From assembly GCA_964385865.1 (NCBI GenBank), contig CAYLQK010000001.1, positions 1 to 36,317 on the forward strand: a stretch of DNA of 36,317 bases, given 5' to 3'. The translations under genes and the position numbers were made by a program. Numbering within the stretch: the first letter of the stretch is position 1; each line of letters starts with the position of its first letter. The DNA comes from an uncultured Clostridia bacterium (lineage in GTDB: Bacteria; Bacillota; Clostridia; Christensenellales; Borkfalkiaceae). This document shows positions 17,325-25,953 of this stretch, in pieces. Below the pieces are notes generated by a model. It was not told the origin of the DNA. It was given only the letters and a program-made list of their open reading frames with translations, and did not search any database.

Positions 17325-18098
17325 TTAGCCGAAAGCCAGGTCGAGTATCATCATTACGGCAAACCCGAACACGACGCCGATTGTAGCTTTTATCTTGCCT
17401 TCGGAAAAGGATTCCGGAATAAGCTCGGAACAAACCACTGCGATCATCGCGCCTGCGGAAAAAGACAGGGCCCAGGGCAGTATACCGCTTGCAAGAGTTA
17501 CCGCAAGCGCCCCCGCAACGCCCGCAGCTATCTCCACGGCGCCCGACAGCTGGCCTATAAAAAACGACTTAAACCTGCTCACTCCGTTTGCACGCAAAGG
17601 GAAAGCGACGCACATACCCTCGGGAAAGTTCTGTATGCCTATCCCCACGGCAAGCATAATCGCCGCCACGGCTTCAACACTGTTACCGACGGCAAGCGCG
17701 CCAAAAGCGACGCCGACAGCAAGCCCTTCAGGGATATTATGTATAGTAACGGCGATACACATTACGGCGCAGCTTCGCTTCTTAGCGTTACCCGCAAAGA
17801 GATGAAGTTTGCCCGTTACGATATCCGTAAGTATAATGAGGAAACCGCCAAGCACGAATCCGCAAGTCAGAATAAAAAAGGAATTGTCGCCAACCATATC
17901 CGTAGCCGGCATAAGCAAGGAAAAAAAGGTTGAGGCAAGCATTATGCCTGCCGCACTGCTCATCATAAACGAAAAGGCGTTTTTGCCTACATTTTTACAA
18001 AATAAAACCAGCAGCGCACCCGCCGCCGTCAACGCCCAGGTAAACGTTGTGGCGATTAAAGCCTGCTGCCAGCCAGATAAATCATATAACCATTGCAC
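17325..18098 (-). CDS. zupT: ZIP-family divalent metal transporter (ZupT-like)
   Basis: HNIPEGLAVG and QNFPEG motifs, 257 aa, about 8 TM helices. GTG start 8 nt behind GGAG. Confidence 0.85.
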   Translation of the reverse strand: MQWLYDLSGWQQALIATTFTWALTAAGALLVLFCKNVGKNAFSFMMSSAAGIMLASTFFSLLMPATDMVGDNSFFILTCGFVLGGFLIILTDIVTGKLHLFAGNAKKRSCAVMCIAVTIHNIPEGLAVGVAFGALAVGNSVEAVAAIMLAVGIGIQNFPEGMCVAFPLRANGVSRFKSFFIGQLSGAVEIAAGVAGALAVTLASGILPWALSFSAGAMIAVVCSELIPESFSEGKIKATIGVVFGFAVMMILDLAFG

Positions 18099-18158
18099 AA
18101 GTCTTTCTCCAAGTAAATAACAGTTACTTCATCTTATGACAAAATGGTATATATTTGT

Positions 18159-18192
18159 TAAACCACGGCGCAACTGCAGTTGCGCCGTGGTT
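18159..18192 (-). terminator. hairpin after folA (likely terminator)
   Basis: 34-nt perfect palindrome AAACCACGGCGCAACTGCAGTTGCGCCGTGGTTT, with only a short U tract. Confidence 0.6.
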
Positions 18193-18198
18193 TATAAA

Positions 18199-18702
18199 TT
18201 AATCAAACGATTTAATTTTCAAATTCTTATAAGTAGTGAATTTTATCGAGTATCCGTTGGTTTCAACCGGATCGCTTTCGTATATCAGTTCATAATCGGG
18301 ATCGGCGTCGAGATCTTTAAAGAACGCGTCCGCTTCTCCCACTGCGTCCACCTTAGTTACAAGCACTTCACTGCAATATGGCAACAACGTTCTATACATC
18401 ATCGCTCCGCCGATGACGAAAACCTTATCGGTTTCATACTTCCTTATTTGCTCAAAAAGTTCGGTCAAGGTTTTAACGATTATACAGTCGTCGCGTTCTT
18501 CACCCTCGGGATATAAGACTATATTTACCCTGTTTTTCAGAGGTCTACCTCCGGGGAACGACTTCAGCGTATTCGAGCCCATAACGACAACGTTGCCCGT
18601 GGTCGTTTCCCTGAAAAATTTCATATCGGCAGGAATCGAGAACATTAACCCGTTACTCTTTCCTATGCCCCATTCTCTGTCTGCGTGAAGAATAGCTTTC
18701 AT
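18199..18702 (-). CDS. folA: dihydrofolate reductase
   Basis: Motifs GIGKSNGLMFSIPADMKFFRETT, VVMGSNTLKS and FVIGGAMMY. Confidence 0.9.
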   Translation of the reverse strand: MKAILHADREWGIGKSNGLMFSIPADMKFFRETTTGNVVVMGSNTLKSFPGGRPLKNRVNIVLYPEGEERDDCIIVKTLTELFEQIRKYETDKVFVIGGAMMYRTLLPYCSEVLVTKVDAVGEADAFFKDLDADPDYELIYESDPVETNGYSIKFTTYKNLKIKSFD

Positions 18703-18713
18703 CTTGCTCCGCC

Positions 18714-19544
18714 CTATTCCGCCACCGGAATATCGTATTTTTTTTCATTAAATTTATAATCTACAAGTTTGAAGCTGTCTACGGTAAAGTCGTAGAAGTT
18801 TGTTATATTTTTGTCGACTTCCAACTTAGGCGCGGCAAGCTTCGGCATAGAAATTATTTCTTTAACAATGGGAATATGCCTGTCGTAAATATGCGCGTCG
18901 GCGATAACGTGTATAAGTTCACCAGCTTTCAGCCCTGATACCTGCGCAAACATTATAAGGAGAACCGCGTACTGCACCACGTTCCAATTGTTTGCCGTTA
19001 ACATATCGTTTGAACGCTGATTAAGTATTCCGTTGAGCGTATTTCCCGAAACGTTGAAAGTCATCGAGTAAGCGCACGGGTACAAATTCATCTCGTGCAG
19101 ATCCGCAAAATTATAGATGTTCGTCATTATGCGGCGGCTCGCCTTATTATTTTTCAAATCGAAGAGAACCCTGTCAACCTGATCGAATTCGCCTTCCCTG
19201 TATTTGTGTTTAATTCCCAACTGGTAGCCGTACGCTTTTCCGATTGAACCGCTTTCATCCGCCCATTGGTCCCATATCTTCGAATGAAGGTCGTGAACGT
19301 TATTGCTCTTTTTCTGCCAAATCCATAAAAGCTCGTCTATGCAGGATTTTATATACGTGCGCCTGATAGTCAGAATTGGAAATTCTTCCTGTAAATTGTA
19401 TCTGTTGACTATCCCGAATTTCTTAATAGTGTGCGCAGGGGTGCCGTCGCTCCATTTAGGACGCACGTTCAAATCCGTATCCCAAACCCCGTTTTCCAAA
19501 ATATCACGCATATTTGCGATAAAAATGTCGTCCGCTCTGCTCAA
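18714..19544 (-). CDS. thyA: thymidylate synthase (ThyA)
   Basis: DGTPAHT, LLWIWQKKSN, SRR, catalytic Cys in LYPCAYS, and QRSNDM. The start is placed at TTG 19544, 6 nt behind GGAG, which gives a Bacillus-ThyA-like N-terminal length. The track ORF extends to TTG 19601 and would overlap the upstream SDR. Confidence 0.92.
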   Translation of the reverse strand: MSRADDIFIANMRDILENGVWDTDLNVRPKWSDGTPAHTIKKFGIVNRYNLQEEFPILTIRRTYIKSCIDELLWIWQKKSNNVHDLHSKIWDQWADESGSIGKAYGYQLGIKHKYREGEFDQVDRVLFDLKNNKASRRIMTNIYNFADLHEMNLYPCAYSMTFNVSGNTLNGILNQRSNDMLTANNWNVVQYAVLLIMFAQVSGLKAGELIHVIADAHIYDRHIPIVKEIISMPKLAAPKLEVDKNITNFYDFTVDSFKLVDYKFNEKKYDIPVAE

Positions 19545-19570
19545 TTTCTTCTCCGTAATAATTTTTATTT

Positions 19571-20353
19571 TCAAAAAGCGTCTTTGCGCGTTTTGCTCCA
19601 ACGCTTTGCTATAATTTTAAGCCTAACTTTTTGCGGCAGTAATCTGCATATGCAATTCAAAAATCTGTTAGCAAAACCCACTACATATTTGACCTTGCCC
19701 CTATTTGCTGCTTTCAGACTCTTTTGCACAACGTATTCGGGCGTTTTCGCGGCGATTCTGCCCCAAAGACCCTGAGTTTTGATATATTCTATTACGTCAG
19801 GTCTTGTATATATGGCCCCGGGAAGAATTGCTGTAACGCTTACTCCGCTTTTCTTCAATTCGGCATTCAGCGCTACGGAAAAATCGGTAAGCGCCCTTTT
19901 CGAAGCGGAATAGACCGCAAAATAGGGCATAGGCTGCAATCCCGAAACGCTGGATATGTTTATTATCTGCAACCGCTCTGCCCTGTGCCTTATCGCAAAT
20001 TCGGCGAAACAGACCGCACCTTCGAAACAGGCGCGTATCTGAAATACTATTTTTTCAATACTATATTCTTCAAAAGGTTTCTGGATATCCGCGCCCGCCG
20101 CGTTAATTAGTCCGCAAAACGTAAAATTTTCCGCATAGGCGAAGAATTCATTTCGCGAATTATCGGAGCTTAAATCACAGGGATATATTTGTAAATTGAC
20201 CGCGGGGTAATCCGCAGTCAACTCGGCTTGAAGCTCTTTCAGTTTACTTTCGCTACGGCCTGTCAGAAAAAGGTTTTTTCCGTCCTTTGCCAGCTGACGG
20301 CAAAACTCTTTACCAAGATATCCGGTTGCGCCAGTTACGAGTGTATAGGTCAT
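19571..20353 (-). CDS. SDR-family oxidoreductase
   Basis: TGATGYLG cofactor motif and YSASKRAL catalytic motif. ATGA overlap with the upstream Nudix-GNAT gene. Confidence 0.85.
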   Translation of the reverse strand: MTYTLVTGATGYLGKEFCRQLAKDGKNLFLTGRSESKLKELQAELTADYPAVNLQIYPCDLSSDNSRNEFFAYAENFTFCGLINAAGADIQKPFEEYSIEKIVFQIRACFEGAVCFAEFAIRHRAERLQIINISSVSGLQPMPYFAVYSASKRALTDFSVALNAELKKSGVSVTAILPGAIYTRPDVIEYIKTQGLWGRIAAKTPEYVVQKSLKAANRGKVKYVVGFANRFLNCICRLLPQKVRLKIIAKRWSKTRKDAF

Positions 20354-21228
20354 TTTATTAGTGCCATAACGTAATCGTCCATTACGTAACCCTGACCAAT
20401 ATCGGTCGAAACGGACTGTATTATTTTGAATCCGCTGTGTTTATACACGTTTATTGCCTGCACGTTATCGCGCTTGACGGTGAGATACACCGGCCGCCGC
20501 AAACTGTTGAAAATTCTGGTCGCAATACCTTTCCCCTGTGCATAATCGAGGATATAAAGTTTTGACAGAAATACGCCTTCCTCGTATTGCGGATCGAAAT
20601 TTTTTGCAGGACAATATGCAAAGAAACCGGCAGCTTCGCCATTCAGGTAAACAATTTTGTACTTATATCCCTTATCCCCGACGTTGCGACGCATCGCGTC
20701 GGGCGTCAAAAACAGGTTGAGCATATAGTCGACTTGTCCTTCGGGAACAGTTTCGTCGAACGTTTCGTGCATAACGCTATCGGCAATACCGCCAATTAAA
20801 AGAAAATCCCCGTCGGTTTCAGCAGTACATATTTTAACGTAACCGTTTTTGAGGATACGCAAAAACTCTCTGTCGGCAGGCGCCCATTCTTCGGCGTCAA
20901 GTTCGTCGCAGGCGATCCATTTATCTTCTTCGTGCTCTTTAACGACGTACTCAGACAGGGCGGTAGCACAGTATACGGATAAGACTACGGTGAAATCGGG
21001 ATATTCATACTCGATAGTGTTGAGAAGATCGCCGACTTCGATTTCGAGGGATAATTCCTCAATACATTCCCGTTTAAGGGCGGTTTGAGGGGTTTCACCC
21101 TGCTCTATTTTACCGCCGACGAATTCAAACTTATGTACGACACTTTCAATGCCGTCCGCACGCCTCAAAGCAAGGACTTTTCCCTCTTTGATTATTGCCG
21201 CACCGACTACGTTAAAACGTGGTTTCAT
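20350..21228 (-). CDS. Nudix hydrolase - GNAT N-acetyltransferase fusion protein
   Basis: The N-terminal ~130 aa carry the Nudix box GGKIEQGETPQTALKRECIEELSL. The C-terminal ~150 aa carry the GNAT acetyl-CoA motif QGKGIATRIF and NVQAINVYKHSGF. Confidence 0.85.
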   Translation of the reverse strand: MKPRFNVVGAAIIKEGKVLALRRADGIESVVHKFEFVGGKIEQGETPQTALKRECIEELSLEIEVGDLLNTIEYEYPDFTVVLSVYCATALSEYVVKEHEEDKWIACDELDAEEWAPADREFLRILKNGYVKICTAETDGDFLLIGGIADSVMHETFDETVPEGQVDYMLNLFLTPDAMRRNVGDKGYKYKIVYLNGEAAGFFAYCPAKNFDPQYEEGVFLSKLYILDYAQGKGIATRIFNSLRRPVYLTVKRDNVQAINVYKHSGFKIIQSVSTDIGQGYVMDDYVMALIK

Positions 21229-21234
21229 AGCTCT

Positions 21235-21263
21235 ATTCTACCACCCGCAAACGGCTAAGTCAA
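21235..21263 (-). promoter_or_regulatory. sigma-A promoter placed for a leaderless Nudix-GNAT mRNA
   Basis: Minus strand TTGACT, 17 nt, TGgTAGAAT, then only 6 nt (agagct) before the ATG at 21228. No Shine-Dalgarno fits in between. Confidence 0.6.
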
Positions 21264-21297
21264 CCGCATTTCGAAATTGATTGAAACTATCAAAGGC

Positions 21298-21325
21298 GGC
21301 GCCGCAATCTTAACATTGCGGCGCC
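21298..21325 (-). terminator. pflB terminator hairpin
   Basis: GGCGCCGCAAT-6 nt-ATTGCGGCGCC, an 11-bp stem 9 nt after the pflB stop. The U tract is weak. Confidence 0.65.
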
Positions 21326-21333
21326 CCGACTTT

Positions 21334-23595
21334 TCAAAGCGTTTGATGAATGGTCCTCGATATCACGTCGTTCTGCTGTTCGCGCGTGAGTTTGTTGAAG
21401 TTTACGGCGTATCCTGATACCCTTATGGTCAATTGGGGATATTTTTCGGGATGAGCCTGCGCGTCAAGCAGCGTATCGCGATTGAATACGTTTACGTTCA
21501 GATGATGACCTCCGTCTCTTACGTAACCGTTGAGCATAGTTACAAGGTTGGTTATTCTCGACTCCCTCTCTTTGCCGAGAGATTCGGGCGTGATGGAGAA
21601 AGTATTAGAGATGCCGTCCCTCGCGTATTCGTAGGGTAGTTTTGCGACGGACTCGAGCGAGGCGAGCGCGCCGTTTGTATCTCTGCCGTGCATAGGGTTT
21701 GCTCCTGGAGCAAGCGGTTGTCCTGCGCGCCTTCCGTCGGGCGTATTCCCCGTATTTTTACCGTATACGACGTTACTCGTTATAGTCAAAATCGAGGTCG
21801 TAGGAACGCTTTCACGATACGTATAATGGCTCTTTATTTTTCCCATAAAAGTCTTTAACAGCCATACGGCGATATCGTCCGCCCTGTCGTCGTTGTTGCC
21901 GTATTTGGGAAAGTCTCCTTCGATCCGGTAATCTATAACTATGCCCTCTTCGTTGCGTACGGGATAAACTTTCGCATACTTGATAGCCGATAACGAGTCG
22001 GCGGCGCAGGATAGTCCTGCAATACCTGTAGCAAAAAATCTTCTGACGTCGGTGTCGTGCAAGGACATTTCAAGCGCTTCATAGCTATATTTGTCGTGCA
22101 TATAGTGAATGAGATTCAGCGTGTTGACGTACAGCCCTGCAAGCCAATCCATCATCTGCACGTACTTTTCTTTGACTTCGTCATAGTCGAGCGGTCCGTT
22201 ACCGAGAACGGGCTTGAATTCCGGCGAAACCTGTAACGCCAGCCCCGTACTTTTATCCTTGACAAGCTCGTCTTTGCCCCCGTTTATCGCATACAGGAGG
22301 CACTTCGCAAGATTTGCCCTCGCGCCGAAAAACTGCATATCTTTGCCTACGCGCATACAGCTAACGCAGCAGGCGATACAGTAATCGTCCCCCATTTCGG
22401 GGCGCATAAGGTCGTCGCTCTCATACTGTATGGCGGAAGTCTTAATGGAAAGATCCGCGCAAAAACGTTTAAAATTATCAGGCAGATTCTCTGACCATAG
22501 AACGGTGAGATTGGGTTCCGGTGCGGGACCGAGATTGTTCAGTGTATGAAGGATTCTGAACGACGTTTTCGTAACCAGCGTTCTGCCGTCCACGCCCATT
22601 CCGCCGATTGATTCCGTTACCCACGTAGGATCGCCTGAAAATAACTCGTTATATTCCTTTGTGCGCATAAACTTGATGATTCTAAGCTTCATAACGAAGT
22701 GGTCTACAAGTTCCTGCGCTTGCTCTTCCGTGATAAGCCCACGCTCTAAATCGCGCTGTATATAGACGTCGATAAAAGTGGAATTTCTGCCGATAGACAT
22801 CGCCGCGCCGTTCTGATCCTTGACGGCGGCAAGGTAACCGAAATAAAGCGCTTGAATTGCCTGTTGCGCGTTTTCGGCGGGCTTGGAAACGTCGAGTCCG
22901 TAAATTTCCGCCAGCTCCTTTAAGGCTTTTAACGCCTTTATCTGTTCGCTCAATTCTTCACGGATTCTAATTAGATCTGGCGTCATAACGCCGTCGCGCA
23001 GAAGCTTGTCCCTCTCTTTCTGCTCTATAAGATAGTCTACGCCGTAGAGCGCTACGCGACGGTAATCCCCGACGATTCTTCCGCGCCCGTAAGTGTCGGG
23101 TAACCCAGTAAGAATGTGCGCTCTGCGCGCCCTGCGCATTTCGGGCGTATAGGCGTCGTAAACTCCGTCGTTGTGGGATTTACGGTATTTATTGAAAATA
23201 TTTTTGACTTCGGCATCTATTTCGTACCCGTACATATTCAACGCCTGTTCAGCCATCTTGATGCCGCCGAAAGGCTGCAGTGCGCGTTTGAACGGTTTAT
23301 CGGTCTGCAAGCCGACTATCTTTTCAAGGGCTTTGTCAATATAGCCTGCGGGATGAGAAGTAAGCGTGGAAACCGTCTTTGTATCCGCGTCGAGAACGCC
23401 GCCCGCCTGCCTTTCGGCGTCGGAAAGTTTTAAAATTTCGTTCCATAATTTTGTCGTCGCTTCCGTAGGCGGAGCAAGAAAGTCGCCGTTGCCTTCATAG
23501 GGCAAATAATTACACTGAATAAAATCCCTGACGTTTACTTCGCCGTTTTCGCTCCATTTGCCGGGTATGAACCCTTCCCAAGCTTTGTATTTCAT
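21334..23595 (-). CDS. pflB: formate C-acetyltransferase (pyruvate formate-lyase)
   Basis: Collinear with E. coli PflB as I remember it: [13 protein letters not shown], catalytic IACCVS, and glycyl-radical RVSGYAV near the C-terminus. ATG 23595 lies 6 nt behind AAGAGG. The track ORF's TTG extension to 23631 overlaps pflA. Confidence 0.95.
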   Translation of the reverse strand: MKYKAWEGFIPGKWSENGEVNVRDFIQCNYLPYEGNGDFLAPPTEATTKLWNEILKLSDAERQAGGVLDADTKTVSTLTSHPAGYIDKALEKIVGLQTDKPFKRALQPFGGIKMAEQALNMYGYEIDAEVKNIFNKYRKSHNDGVYDAYTPEMRRARRAHILTGLPDTYGRGRIVGDYRRVALYGVDYLIEQKERDKLLRDGVMTPDLIRIREELSEQIKALKALKELAEIYGLDVSKPAENAQQAIQALYFGYLAAVKDQNGAAMSIGRNSTFIDVYIQRDLERGLITEEQAQELVDHFVMKLRIIKFMRTKEYNELFSGDPTWVTESIGGMGVDGRTLVTKTSFRILHTLNNLGPAPEPNLTVLWSENLPDNFKRFCADLSIKTSAIQYESDDLMRPEMGDDYCIACCVSCMRVGKDMQFFGARANLAKCLLYAINGGKDELVKDKSTGLALQVSPEFKPVLGNGPLDYDEVKEKYVQMMDWLAGLYVNTLNLIHYMHDKYSYEALEMSLHDTDVRRFFATGIAGLSCAADSLSAIKYAKVYPVRNEEGIVIDYRIEGDFPKYGNNDDRADDIAVWLLKTFMGKIKSHYTYRESVPTTSILTITSNVVYGKNTGNTPDGRRAGQPLAPGANPMHGRDTNGALASLESVAKLPYEYARDGISNTFSITPESLGKERESRITNLVTMLNGYVRDGGHHLNVNVFNRDTLLDAQAHPEKYPQLTIRVSGYAVNFNKLTREQQNDVISRTIHQTL

Positions 23596-23620
23596 TATAT
23601 ACCTCTTAATTATTTTTCCG

Positions 23621-24346
23621 TTATTTTTCAAGAATTAGTTTCGCGTTTTTAATTCTCTCTTCCGACGGAGGTTTTGTTCCCTTCAAGGAATAAGGAATGC
23701 CGAGCTTTTCATATTTGTTTTCGCCCATAGAATGATACGGCAACACCTCAACCTTTTTCACCGTCTTTAAAGTATTTATGAACTCTTTCAGTTTATATAG
23801 CAAAGAATCGTCGTCCGTGATGCCATCGACGAGCACGTGTCTTATCCATAGGTCGACGCCGCTATCAGATACGAATTCGGCAAAACTCAACGGACTTTTA
23901 TTGGATTTCCCCGTAAGCTTTTTGTGTTCTTCGTCGATTATGTGCTTTATATCAAGCAAAACAAGGTCCGTTGATTTCAGCAGTTTTCTATGCCTATATA
24001 AATTATCCTTATCGTCCGAATCGAAAGTTATGCCTGTAGTGTCCAACGCGGTATGAATTCCGTTACTTTTCAGGATAGAAAACAGCTCCGTTACGAATTC
24101 TATCTGCATAAGCGGTTCGCCGCCCGAAACGGTTACACCTCCGCCCTTTTCAAAGTAGCTTTTATATTTCATAGCGTTTGCCGCAACTTCTTGCGGAGAA
24201 AATACTTTTCCGCAACCGAACTCCCAGGTATCAGGATTATGGCAATATCTGCATCTTAGCGGACAGCCCTGCATAAATACTACAAACCTTATCCCGGGTC
24301 CGTCTACGGTTCCGAAAGATTCAAATGAATGAATAAACCCCTGCAA
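23621..24346 (-). CDS. pflA: pyruvate formate-lyase activating enzyme (radical SAM)
   Basis: [27 protein letters not shown] (CX3CX2C) and [13 protein letters not shown] start 5 nt behind AAGGAG. Confidence 0.92.
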   Translation of the reverse strand: MQGFIHSFESFGTVDGPGIRFVVFMQGCPLRCRYCHNPDTWEFGCGKVFSPQEVAANAMKYKSYFEKGGGVTVSGGEPLMQIEFVTELFSILKSNGIHTALDTTGITFDSDDKDNLYRHRKLLKSTDLVLLDIKHIIDEEHKKLTGKSNKSPLSFAEFVSDSGVDLWIRHVLVDGITDDDSLLYKLKEFINTLKTVKKVEVLPYHSMGENKYEKLGIPYSLKGTKPPSEERIKNAKLILEK

Positions 24347-24359
24347 ATCCGCTCCTTAT

Positions 24360-24392
24360 AAAAAAGGGCTATTTTTCAAAGAAAAACAGCCC
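24360..24392 (-). terminator. intrinsic terminator forming the riboswitch expression platform
   Basis: Minus strand GGGCUGUUUUU-cuuug-AAAAAUAGCCC followed by UUUUUU, ending 8 nt before the pflA RBS. Its 5' arm reuses the GGGCU of the aptamer 3' end. Confidence 0.75.
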
Positions 24393-24466
24393 AGACGAAC
24401 GACTTATCTCGCCGAACGACTTCCATACGGTATTTCCCGTTGATTCGCCAGTTGCCGCCCAGCCTT
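24388..24466 (-). ncRNA. ZTP/ZMP riboswitch aptamer (pfl motif)
   Basis: Minus strand GGGCGGCA-ACUGGCGAAUCA-ACGG-GAAAUA-CCGU-AUGGAAG-UCGUUC-(linker)-AGUC-GUUCGUCUG-GGCU. It contains the conserved ACUGGCGAA and CGYCUGGGC blocks. P1 is GGGCGGC/GUCGUUC and P2 is ACGG/CCGU. GGCGAA can pair with UUCGUC as the pseudoknot. It lies upstream of pfl genes, where this class was first found. Confidence 0.75.
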
Positions 24467-24480
24467 TCAATTGGATTTTC

Positions 24481-24509
24481 ATTGTAACATAGATCTTTTT
24501 ACTTGTCAA
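24481..24509 (-). promoter_or_regulatory. near-consensus sigma-A promoter of the riboswitch-pflA-pflB unit
   Basis: Minus strand TTGACA (24509-24504), 17 nt, TACAAT (24486-24481). Confidence 0.75.
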
Positions 24510-24562
24510 TAAAAAACACAAAATATTGTATCAGTATTTTTATAACAATACCATATATTGTA

Positions 24563-24596
24563 AAAGCGCAGGTTGACTGCCGTTAACCTGCGCTTT
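24563..24596 (-). terminator. intrinsic terminator after lysC
   Basis: Minus strand AAAGCGCAGGTT-10 nt-AACCTGCGCTTT followed by T residues, 5 nt after the lysC stop. Confidence 0.8.
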
Positions 24597-24600
24597 ATTT

Positions 24601-25923
24601 TTATTTTCCGAAAAATTCGCTGTAAATAGCTTTGATACATTTTTCGTAGTCTTCATTCTTTACGCCCACTACGATATTGATTTCGCTCGAACCCTGGTCA
24701 ATCATCTTGATATTGATATTGGCGGCGGCGATTGCGTTAAAAAGCCGCGCCGACGTGCCGACCGAAGACGACATACCGTGTCCGACGGTAGCAATTAGGG
24801 CTATATTTTCAATAACTCTTATAATGTCAGGCTCAACGGCGTTTTTAATGCCTTCAAGAATATTGTTCAGTTTAAAGTTTTCAAGCGCGTCGCTCTCTAT
24901 AACGAGCGACATTGTATCTATACCTGAAGGGATATGTTCAACAGGTATGCCCTCTTCTTCAATCACGGAAAGCACTTTTCTGACGAAGCCTATTTCCAAA
25001 TTCATAAGGGACTTCTCGATAAATATAACCGTGAAATTCTTTTTCCCGGCGATCCCCGTAACGATATTTCCGCCGGGAACGTTTCTCGAGCTGGGAAGTA
25101 TCGACGTGCCCTCGTCGTCGGGACGGAAGGTATTCTTGATTTGTATAGGAATATTGGCCTTGCGCACGGGGAAGATAGATTCGCTGTGCAAAACGTTCGC
25201 TCCCATATAGCTGAGCTCACGCAATTCCTTATAGGATAACGATTTTATGCGCTTGGGGCTGTCGACAAGTCGAGGATCGCAGGCAAGGAAACCCGATACG
25301 TCAGTCCAGTTTTCATAGAGCGAGGCGTTCAGCGCACGGGCTACGATTGCACCCGATATGTCGGATCCGCCGCGTGAGAAAGTCTTTATCTTCCCGTCCG
25401 GTCCCTTTCCGTAGAAACCGGGGAAAACTGCCCTTTCAACGCCCTCAACTGCCGCAGCTACGGCTTTATAGGACTTATCGCCGTCGAGCTGACCCTCTTC
25501 ATCGAAAAATACGACGTCTTCGGCGTCTATAAATTTAGCGCCGAGAACTTCCGCCAAAATGCGGGCGGAAAGGTACTCGCCCCTCGACGCCGTGAAATCA
25601 GCGCTCTCCTCCTCGCATATACGCCTATAAGTCTCGTCAAGAACGGCGTCTATGTCAAAGTCGAGATTGAGTTCCCTGACGATGCCCTTGAATCTCGCCC
25701 TTATGGGCGCAAAAGCGTCGTCGCACGAACCGCTTGAAACCAGCGTTTCATAGCAAAAGTACAATAAGTCGGTTACCTTTACGTCTCCCGAATATCTCTT
25801 ACCGGGTGCGGATACGACCACAAATCTGCGGTCTTTATCGCTGTCAAGTATTTTTTTTACATTGGAAATGACGTTGCCGTCCGCCATAGACGTTCCGCCG
25901 AATTTACAAACTTTTATTGCCAT
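24601..25923 (-). CDS. lysC: aspartate kinase
   Basis: KFGGTSMADG N-terminal kinase motif, VVSAPG, and a C-terminal pair of ACT-like regions. 440 aa. Confidence 0.92.
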   Translation of the reverse strand: MAIKVCKFGGTSMADGNVISNVKKILDSDKDRRFVVVSAPGKRYSGDVKVTDLLYFCYETLVSSGSCDDAFAPIRARFKGIVRELNLDFDIDAVLDETYRRICEEESADFTASRGEYLSARILAEVLGAKFIDAEDVVFFDEEGQLDGDKSYKAVAAAVEGVERAVFPGFYGKGPDGKIKTFSRGGSDISGAIVARALNASLYENWTDVSGFLACDPRLVDSPKRIKSLSYKELRELSYMGANVLHSESIFPVRKANIPIQIKNTFRPDDEGTSILPSSRNVPGGNIVTGIAGKKNFTVIFIEKSLMNLEIGFVRKVLSVIEEEGIPVEHIPSGIDTMSLVIESDALENFKLNNILEGIKNAVEPDIIRVIENIALIATVGHGMSSSVGTSARLFNAIAAANINIKMIDQGSSEINIVVGVKNEDYEKCIKAIYSEFFGK

Positions 25924-25953
25924 ATATTCCGCCTGTAATGATTTATATTCCGT

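Noticed and set aside
18159-18192. 34-nt perfect palindrome containing CTGCAG, considered as a protein-binding or repeat element.
   Set aside because: It is most simply the stem-loop terminator after folA, and I saw no second copy in the window.
19545-19601. N-terminal extensions offered by the ORF track for thyA (to 19601), pflB (to 23631), truA (to 33408), pyrD (to 3579), ecfT (to 34166) and ecfA (to 36000).
   Set aside because: All begin at TTG/GTG codons without an RBS and overlap the upstream gene. In each case an internal start with a GGAG-type RBS yields an N-terminus matching the family.
24524-24550. Inverted repeat TATTGT-N15-ACAATA about 60 nt upstream of the pfl promoter, considered as a possible FNR/CRP/Rex-type activator site.
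   Set aside because: The 6-bp AT-rich arms sit in very AT-rich DNA with atypical spacing, and there is no match to the TTGAT-N4-ATCAA or Rex consensus. This is chance-level.
24677-25210. Long antisense ORFs inside recognised genes. Examples are 6883-7347, 24677-25210, 26134-26670, 34402-34905, 35270-35707 and 15910-16284.
   Set aside because: Each overlaps a CDS with strong motif support on the other strand. The translations are low-complexity with no motifs, consistent with codon-bias shadow frames.
25924-25953. Lysine riboswitch or T-box upstream of lysC.
   Set aside because: The gap to the upstream DUF1015 gene is only 30 nt, with no room for either element. lysC appears to be co-transcribed.
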